Shown here: positions 1-4,830 of the stretch, piece by piece
Layout: each line of letters starts with the position of its first letter
How positions within the stretch are numbered: the stretch's first letter is position 1
Virus record (IMG/VR): IMGVR_UViG_2576861193_000005
Strand: one strand, 5' to 3'
Origin: a virus
Lineage: Duplodnaviria; Heunggongvirae; Uroviricota; Caudoviricetes
DNA length: 4,830 nt
The notes under the pieces: generated by a model
What the model was told of the DNA's origin: nothing
Databases searched by the model: none
The model's input: only the letters and a program-made list of their open reading frames with translations
Made by a program: the position numbers and the translations under genes

Positions 1-51
1 ACCGCCGGTATCAGCACCCCGCTGACATCCACCATTCTGGAGTTTTACTGA
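1..51 (+). CDS. 3' end of an upstream gene (16 codons, ...TAGISTPLTSTILEFY*), probably terminase large subunit (gpP-like) by P2 gene order; truncated by the window edge
   Basis: Frame 1 is open from base 1 to TGA at 49-51. That stop shares base 51 with the ATG of the portal gene, matching the P2 P/Q overlap as I recall it. No catalytic motif is visible in 16 residues, so identity rests on synteny only. Confidence 0.4.
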   Translation, partial: TAGISTPLTSTILEFY

Positions 52-1107
52 TGAGTAAGAAAAAAGGGAAAACACCGCGACCTGCGGCAAAAACAATCAC
101 CGCCAGCGCCCCGAAAATGGAAGCATTCACCTTTGGCGAGCCGGTGCCGGTACTCGACCGCCGTGACATTCTGGATTACGTCGAGTGCATCAGTAACGGC
201 AGATGGTATGAGCCACCAGTCAGCTTTACCGGTCTGGCAAAAAGCCTGCGTGCTGCCGTGCATCACAGCTCACCGATTTACGTCAAACGTAATATTCTGG
301 CCTCGCAATATTCTGGCTTCAACGTTTATCCCGCATCCGTGGCTTTCGCAACAGGATTTCAGCCGCTTTGTGCTGGATTTTCTGGTGTTCGGTAATGCGT
401 TTCTGGAAAAGCGTTACAGCACCACCGGTAAGGTCATCAGACTGGAAACCTCACCGGCAAAATATACCCGCCGTGGTGTGGAAGAGGATGTTTACTGGTG
501 GGTGCCGTCCTTCAACGAGCCGACAGCCTTCGCACCCGGCTCCGTGTTTCACCTGCTGGAGCCGGATATTAATCAGGAGCTGTACGGCCTGCCGGAATAT
601 CTCAGCGCCCTTAACTCTGCCTGGCTGAATGAGTCGGCCACGCTGTTCCGCCGCAAGTATTACGAAAATGGCGCCGGCGCTCATGCCGGATACATCATGT
701 ACGTCACCGATGCCGTGCAGGATCGCAACGATATCGAAATGCTTCGCGAAAACATGGTTAAGTCGAAAGGCCGCAATAACTTTAAAAATCTGTTTCTCTA
801 TGCCCCACAGGGGAAAGCCGACGGCATTAAAATTATCCCGCTCAGTGAAGTGGCAACGAAGGACGATTTTTTTAATATCAAAAAAGCCAGCGCCGCTGAC
901 CTGCTGGACGCGCATCGCATCCCCTTTCAGTTGATGGGCGGCAAGCCGGAGAACGTCGGGTCACTGGGAGATATTGAGAAAGTGGCAAAGGTCTTTGTCC
1001 GCAATGAGCTAATCCCGTTACAGGACAGGATTCGGGAAATAAACGGCTGGCTCGGTCAGGAGGTCATCCGCTTTAAAAACTACTCACTGGACACTGACAA
1101 CGGCTGA
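51..1107 (+). pseudogene. Q: P2 gpQ-like portal protein gene, disrupted by a +1 frameshift (16-bp insertion near 291-306)
   Basis: ORF 51..395 (frame 3) gives MSKKKGKTPRP...PIYVKRNILAS then junk to a stop at 393-395. ORF 133..1107 (frame 1) is junk until ~298, then RNILASTFIPHPWLSQQDFSRFVLDFLVFGNAFLEKRYS... to a stop at 1105-1107. Both frames encode RNILAS because aatattctggc occurs at 291-301 and again at 307-317. Removing 16 bp joins the frames into a ~346-aa protein, the size and sequence I recall for P2 portal gpQ (344 aa). Confidence 0.8.
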
Positions 1108-1112
1108 ACATC

Positions 1113-1134
1113 GCCGCCTGCGGGCGGCTTTTTT
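1113..1134 (+). terminator. Rho-independent terminator after the portal gene
   Basis: GC stem gccgcc (1113-1118), loop tgcg, ggcggc (1123-1128), then tttttt (1129-1134), starting 6 nt after the Q stop codon. Confidence 0.7.
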
Positions 1135-1276
1135 ACAACCCGCCATCACGCCCTCACACGCTCACCACCGCACAAAACAGCCCGCAGACACACCAACGCC
1201 CCGGCGAACAATCTAAACGCCATCACGACGCGCTCAGACGCTGAAAAAATAAAATCAGCACCACCGCCAGCGCGCA

Positions 1277-1295
1277 GTGCTTTCCCCGCCTCGCC
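1277..1295. other. cos: P2-type cos site (19-nt cohesive-end sequence)
   Basis: gtgctttccccgcctcgcc at 1277-1295 is the exact reverse complement of GGCGAGGCGGGGAAAGCAC, which I recall as the P2/P4 cohesive end. It sits ~170 bp past the portal stop, as in P2, where Q ends ~220 bp from the left genome end. Confidence 0.7.
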
Positions 1296-1312
1296 CGCCC
1301 GCTTCATGGGGT

Positions 1313-1338
1313 GGTTTTAATGCACGGTTTTAATGCAA
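1313..1338. repeat. Two tandem copies of a 13-bp direct repeat (ggttttaatgcac / ggttttaatgcaa) next to cos, followed by a partial third copy (aatgcac, to 1346)
   Basis: Direct reading: 1313-1325 and 1326-1338 differ only at the last base. The repeat lies 18-43 bp from the cos 19-mer. Function unknown. Confidence 0.8.
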
Positions 1339-1397
1339 CAATGCACCTTCTCTAAAACAGGCAGGATAAACTATGAACGATAAAAATCCCCAACAGC

Positions 1398-1421
1398 CAG
1401 TGCATGCAAATACATGCACTG
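1398..1421 (-). terminator. Perfect 9-bp inverted repeat (cagtgcatg / catgcactg, 6-nt spacer) just downstream of the cargo gene stop; possible transcript-end hairpin
   Basis: On the minus-strand RNA the hairpin begins ~19 nt after the TAG stop (1440-1442). A U-run (auuuuuau) follows only after ~11 nt, so it is not a textbook intrinsic terminator. Confidence 0.3.
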
Positions 1422-1439
1422 GTATGCAAATTATAAGCC

Positions 1440-3791
1440 TTAAAGTTCTGTATATATTAGGCGTAGCATATCCTGCGCATAACTTTTCATATCTTCATCA
1501 GTCCATTCACGGATAACGTGCATAGGCTCATTGAGTGCAGTTCTAAACCCATGAATTCTTCTGGCCGTCTCCTCTTCCAAAATACCATCTTCAGCCAGTC
1601 GATTAATACACACAGAAAAATCCGTTCTATCATTTAAGTTGCAGTCTGTCAGTTGTTTGCGATAACGAGAACGGAATTCTGATTCAAGATATGGCCTTAA
1701 AGATAGTATTATTGTCTTATCAGTATCCACACCATTTATAAAATCAACAATCCTCTCATAGGATCTCTCATGGTCTGAAGCTATTAATTGCTCTACCTTC
1801 AGCGGTTCAAAATTAGAACCGTCTTGACCTTGTTTGATCTGAAGAATTCTATCCAAATTAAATTTTTGAGATGTCTTTGCTGCCATTCCTTTATAGTGTG
1901 TAGTAATAAACATCTGTTTTACATAAGGCTGTAATTCATACAACTTCTGCAAAATACAAGATATTCTTTCCTCATCAAAACTTGTTACAGGATCATCCAT
2001 AATAAGAATAGCTTTTGATTTCTCATCATTAGGTAACAAGTAAATTTTAGAAAGAAAGATGCACAAAGCCAAAGCTCGGCGATCTGACTCACTAAACAAA
2101 CAATTAAGTTTGTTTTTTCCAACTGACTTCCCATTAAATGAAACGTCAAGTTCATAAACAATTTTTGTACCCTGCCTGTTTATTTTTTTATTTATAGAAA
2201 ATTTACTAGATCCAACAGAACAGAACAGAGAATTAATGTGCTCAAAATATTTGTTTAAAAATTGCTCCTGGCATTCCTCTAATGTTTTCTTCTTCTCATT
2301 ATAGTTTTTTTCCCTAATATCTATTTCTTTTTTCAGTTCAAGATATTCTCGACAATCTGGCTCAAGCAATAATCTTTTTTTATTAGATTCCCACTGCTCA
2401 AGATCTTTTTGATAGATTCCCAGTAATACATCTAATTTGGTGGAATTGATACTTTCTTTATACTTCACCAACTCATTATTGAGCTGATTAATAATGCTAT
2501 TGTATGATTCCAATTTGCCATGAATTTCATGCTCAAATTGTAGAAGAGACGAAAAATCAAACCCCTTCATTTCGTTGTATACAGCTAATTCTTTCTCATC
2601 ATATATACACTCCAGTGATTGCTGAGCCTTAAGTAGATCTTGGTTAAATGTCAATATATCATTTCTTACTTGATTATAAATAGCACAACATGACTCAAAC
2701 CTTCCATTATTACTTAATTCATTTTTTATCTCATTCTCTAAATACTGTGACAAAACATCAATGTTTTTGCTATGTACATCATCAATTACATTTAATGAGA
2801 TAAATGAAAAATCAAGCCGCCTTATTTCTTTTAATTCTTTTTTTGTACTTTCAATAAAGCGCATAAATGACTCATCAAATGAATCCTTATAAGCACTAAT
2901 CAGCTCTTTTGATTCTCCTGATATACTCTGACCGCAAAACGGACATATTTCTGTGGCCATACCAAGCCCATTTGAGATCCATCCATTAAAATGATCGTGA
3001 GCCTTTATTCTCTCTTTATGTCGCTCTAATATAGAAAGTGCATCGTCATGAATTGTAGCCATTCCAGAAGAAAGACATTTATTAACCCTAATTGAAATAT
3101 CTTTCAACTTTGGTGTACAGTTAATTAAATTAAACAACGGCCTTGCTTTAATATATTTGACGGCTGTTTTCTTCTTTTCAACTTCTTGTATTGACTTAAT
3201 AAGCTCATTTATTTTTGAGTCAACGCAATCATAATCTGTTATGACAGGCTCACTATTAGCATACTCATCAACGTTATCAATTTGGTGTGATTGAATTAAA
3301 TCTTTTTTACTTCTTAACGAACCTCTTAAACTTCTTAATTCTGCATTCTCCTTTTCCAGAGCTTCAAAAGCAGCAACATTGTCTTCACCCAAAATAAATG
3401 CAGTAACACATTCAGAGTTTTCTCGATTAGATACTGTACCTGCCATTACATTTCTATGAACAAAACTCTGATCAAAGATATATAATTTAGAATCTGGTGG
3501 TGGTAATCCTGACCATTTATCTACATAAAATGAAACAACTCTATTTGAACTCCCCTCTGTGAATTGTAAATCAATCTTTGGAGTTACTTCACCATCTCCC
3601 TCCAGAATAGTCTTTCTGTTAACAACCAATTCAGGAGTATTCGTTGATAAAGAATAAAAGATGTCACAAAGAGTACTTTTACCATGTCTATTTTCACCGT
3701 AGATAACATTCATGTTATTAAACTCATAAGAGCTGGAGCGAGCTTTAATATAGTTACCTACGCCCTCTATTAATTTAATCCTCTTTAACAT
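1440..3791 (-). CDS. 783-aa PrrC/RloC-type (AAA_13-like) ABC ATPase with a long coiled-coil insert carrying CxxC, plus a C-terminal domain of unknown function; candidate single-gene anti-phage/abortive-infection protein (RloC-like)
   Basis: Uninterrupted 2352-nt ORF with ATG at 3789-3791, TAG at 1440-1442, and an AAGGA Shine-Dalgarno ~7 nt upstream. Motifs: Walker A GENRHGKST (aa 32-40, nt 3672-3698), Q-loop-like IFDQSF (aa 105-110), CPFC (aa 283-286, nt 2934-2945), signature-like SESDRR (aa 567-572, nt 2076-2093), Walker B/D-loop AILIMDDPVTSFD (aa 594-606), H-loop FITTHY (aa 628-633). Very AT-rich relative to both flanks. Confidence 0.85.
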   Translation of the reverse strand: MLKRIKLIEGVGNYIKARSSSYEFNNMNVIYGENRHGKSTLCDIFYSLSTNTPELVVNRKTILEGDGEVTPKIDLQFTEGSSNRVVSFYVDKWSGLPPPDSKLYIFDQSFVHRNVMAGTVSNRENSECVTAFILGEDNVAAFEALEKENAELRSLRGSLRSKKDLIQSHQIDNVDEYANSEPVITDYDCVDSKINELIKSIQEVEKKKTAVKYIKARPLFNLINCTPKLKDISIRVNKCLSSGMATIHDDALSILERHKERIKAHDHFNGWISNGLGMATEICPFCGQSISGESKELISAYKDSFDESFMRFIESTKKELKEIRRLDFSFISLNVIDDVHSKNIDVLSQYLENEIKNELSNNGRFESCCAIYNQVRNDILTFNQDLLKAQQSLECIYDEKELAVYNEMKGFDFSSLLQFEHEIHGKLESYNSIINQLNNELVKYKESINSTKLDVLLGIYQKDLEQWESNKKRLLLEPDCREYLELKKEIDIREKNYNEKKKTLEECQEQFLNKYFEHINSLFCSVGSSKFSINKKINRQGTKIVYELDVSFNGKSVGKNKLNCLFSESDRRALALCIFLSKIYLLPNDEKSKAILIMDDPVTSFDEERISCILQKLYELQPYVKQMFITTHYKGMAAKTSQKFNLDRILQIKQGQDGSNFEPLKVEQLIASDHERSYERIVDFINGVDTDKTIILSLRPYLESEFRSRYRKQLTDCNLNDRTDFSVCINRLAEDGILEEETARRIHGFRTALNEPMHVIREWTDEDMKSYAQDMLRLIYTEL

Positions 3792-3853
3792 TCTTTTTCC
3801 TTAATTAATTGTTAAGTTTCAATTACAACCAACACAATAAACTTAAGAAAATC

Positions 3854-3882
3854 AATATAATGCACAACAACAAAACTCACAA
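3854..3882 (-). promoter_or_regulatory. Candidate sigma70 promoter for the cargo gene (-35 TTGTGA, 17-nt spacer, -10 TATATT on the minus strand)
   Basis: On the + strand, tcacaa (3877-3882) and aatata (3854-3859) are 17 nt apart. The predicted start near 3846 gives a ~55-nt leader. AT-rich DNA yields many such matches, so this is tentative. Confidence 0.3.
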
Positions 3883-4015
3883 TACCTTACACGCTCGTTA
3901 CCTACTGCAAACTTATCTTGCAATACTAATAATCAAGTTTGAAATCATAATATCACCACATGAAATTGCCATATCGCAGAGGCTCCTTACTCGACAACTA
4001 AAATGTTTATACTCC

Positions 4016-4038
4016 AAAAAGTAAGTTTCTTACTTTTT
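4016..4038. terminator. Perfect 10-bp inverted repeat (aaaaagtaag ttt cttacttttt) between the GC-rich upstream gene and the cargo gene; possible weak bidirectional terminator
   Basis: The hairpin lies 20-42 nt downstream of the upstream gene's TGA (4058-4060). The stem is AU-rich and the U-run forms part of the stem, so predicted stability is low. Confidence 0.3.
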
Positions 4039-4057
4039 AACCGCATTAATTTCTACA

Positions 4058-4830
4058 TCACCTAAAACCTATCCACTCATCAGCGACCGGATACGTGAAT
4101 TGTTTCCCGTCATAATTTACAGTCGCGCCACGCGCCAGCGCCTCAAGCTCCCATCGCTGCGGCCTGATACCGTTCTGAGCAAGGTCAACGCGGATACGGG
4201 TGATTTGCATTCTTTCCGACCGGGTCAGTCTGGCCGATGGTGCAATTTCATGTAGTTTTAACGGGCTTCCGTTTCTTTGCTGACGGTTTGGTCTTCTCAG
4301 GCCGTGTTTTAATGCGCTTCTGAGCGCCCTCACAACCTCCGGGTCATTCCATTCGATAACACCGTCATCAACCAGATTAAGCACTGCTGCGGCGTGCTCA
4401 GAAGGTGTGGGAGCCGGTAACGAAGTATCACCGCCGGTGAGCTTTCCACAGTTATTGACAGGACTCCGAGGCGCGGCGATGCCGCTTTTTAAAGTCAAAG
4501 GCTCAACGACCGGCACTTTCGGAACAATGCGCCAGTCCGTCGTTCTGGTGATATGAATATGACGCGCGCCGAGATGCGGCGCGTAAATGCCGACCACTCT
4601 CTCGACTTCTTCCTCGTACTCGTTAACGTCATCCGACGGGCTACGGGCGACCCTGACAGTCTGACAATCGCGCGGGACATTTGCCCCGCCCTGCGCGCTG
4701 ATATACAACGCAAAATCACCACTGTCTGCAGCGGCGCGTGCAGCCTCGACGCGTTCATCAAACTCATCAGCAATGCTGACGCCGCGAGGCAATTTGCGTA
4801 GTTCACGGTAAGCCCCCATTGTCGGCAGGC
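4058..4830 (-). CDS. 3' portion (at least 257 codons) of a GC-rich prophage core gene running off the window; by P2 gene order possibly replication initiation protein gpA, identity unverified
   Basis: ORF 4058..4819 with TGA at 4058-4060. The frame stays open upstream of the Met at 4819 to the window edge and no Shine-Dalgarno precedes that ATG (upstream reads gcctgccgaca), so the true start is probably beyond the window. GC-rich like the Q side. I do not recognise a diagnostic motif. Confidence 0.6.
   Translation of the reverse strand, partial: LPTMGAYRELRKLPRGVSIADEFDERVEAARAAADSGDFALYISAQGGANVPRDCQTVRVARSPSDDVNEYEEEVERVVGIYAPHLGARHIHITRTTDWRIVPKVPVVEPLTLKSGIAAPRSPVNNCGKLTGGDTSLPAPTPSEHAAAVLNLVDDGVIEWNDPEVVRALRSALKHGLRRPNRQQRNGSPLKLHEIAPSARLTRSERMQITRIRVDLAQNGIRPQRWELEALARGATVNYDGKQFTYPVADEWIGFR

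Noticed and set aside
286-323. Programmed ribosomal frameshift in the portal gene
   Set aside because: No slippery heptamer or downstream structure is evident, and portal proteins are not known to use recoding. A duplication mutation or sequencing error explains the two frames more simply.
45-934. ORFs 45..266(-), 368..628(+), 451..915(-), 629..934(+) from the six-frame track
   Set aside because: All lie in alternate frames or antisense within the portal gene and are GC-rich shadow ORFs with no recognisable motifs. The 133..395 part of ORF 133..1107 is likewise out-of-frame read-through caused by the frameshift.
1313-1338. CRISPR array
   Set aside because: Only two adjacent 13-bp copies with no spacers and no longer array, so this is not CRISPR-like.
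1373-1516. 47-codon + strand ORF (MNDKNPQQPVHANTC...) with an AGGA 6 nt upstream, antisense to the 3' end of the cargo gene
   Set aside because: It is short, overlaps the cargo stop and the inverted repeat, and I recognise no homology. It is more likely chance than a gene; only ribosome profiling or conservation would change this.
1440-3791. Cargo protein as a P2 Old homolog (OLD-family ATPase-TOPRIM nuclease)
   Set aside because: Old occupies this locus in P2 and has an ABC ATPase head, but it is ~590 aa without a long coiled coil. I see no clear TOPRIM E...DxD signature in the C-terminal domain, and the SESDRR/DDPxxSxD/TH head motifs fit the PrrC/RloC type better. This remains a fallback if HMM searches disagree.
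3809-4024. 71-aa + strand ORF in the cargo leader region
   Set aside because: It starts at a TTG with no Shine-Dalgarno and encodes a low-complexity N/K/I/H/L-rich peptide. The ORF is best explained by the G-poor composition of this strand (few TAG/TGA), and it overlaps the putative promoter and hairpin. A small protein or sRNA cannot be fully excluded without expression data.
4495-4806. ORFs 4495..4806(-) and 4553..4801(+)
   Set aside because: Both are embedded in the longer GC-rich 4058..4830 minus-strand gene; they are arginine/alanine-rich shadow frames typical of high-GC coding DNA.
4058-4830. HIH tripeptide (ARHIHIT) in the upstream-gene fragment as a rolling-circle HUH endonuclease motif
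   Set aside because: The tripeptide occurs often by chance, and I cannot place it relative to the catalytic tyrosines that P2 gpA is known for. It is too weak to support calling the gene gpA; that call rests on synteny only.

Overview
This window reads as the cos-proximal end of a P2-like prophage carrying a single AT-rich cargo gene. On the + strand: the last 16 codons of an upstream gene (terminase large subunit by P2 synteny), then a gpQ-like portal gene broken by a +1 frameshift from a 16-bp imperfect tandem duplication, an intrinsic terminator, and the P2-type 19-nt cos sequence (1277-1295). Between cos and a GC-rich minus-strand gene that runs off the window (gpA-like by position only) lies a 2.6 kb AT-rich island, where P2 itself carries tin/old. 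It encodes one 783-aa minus-strand protein: a PrrC/RloC-type ABC ATPase head split by a ~430-aa coiled coil with a central CxxC, plus a ~145-aa C-terminal domain I cannot assign. I interpret it as a single-gene RloC-like candidate anti-phage system with a possibly novel effector domain. All identifications rest on reading the sequence and recalled family knowledge; no database search or computation was run.
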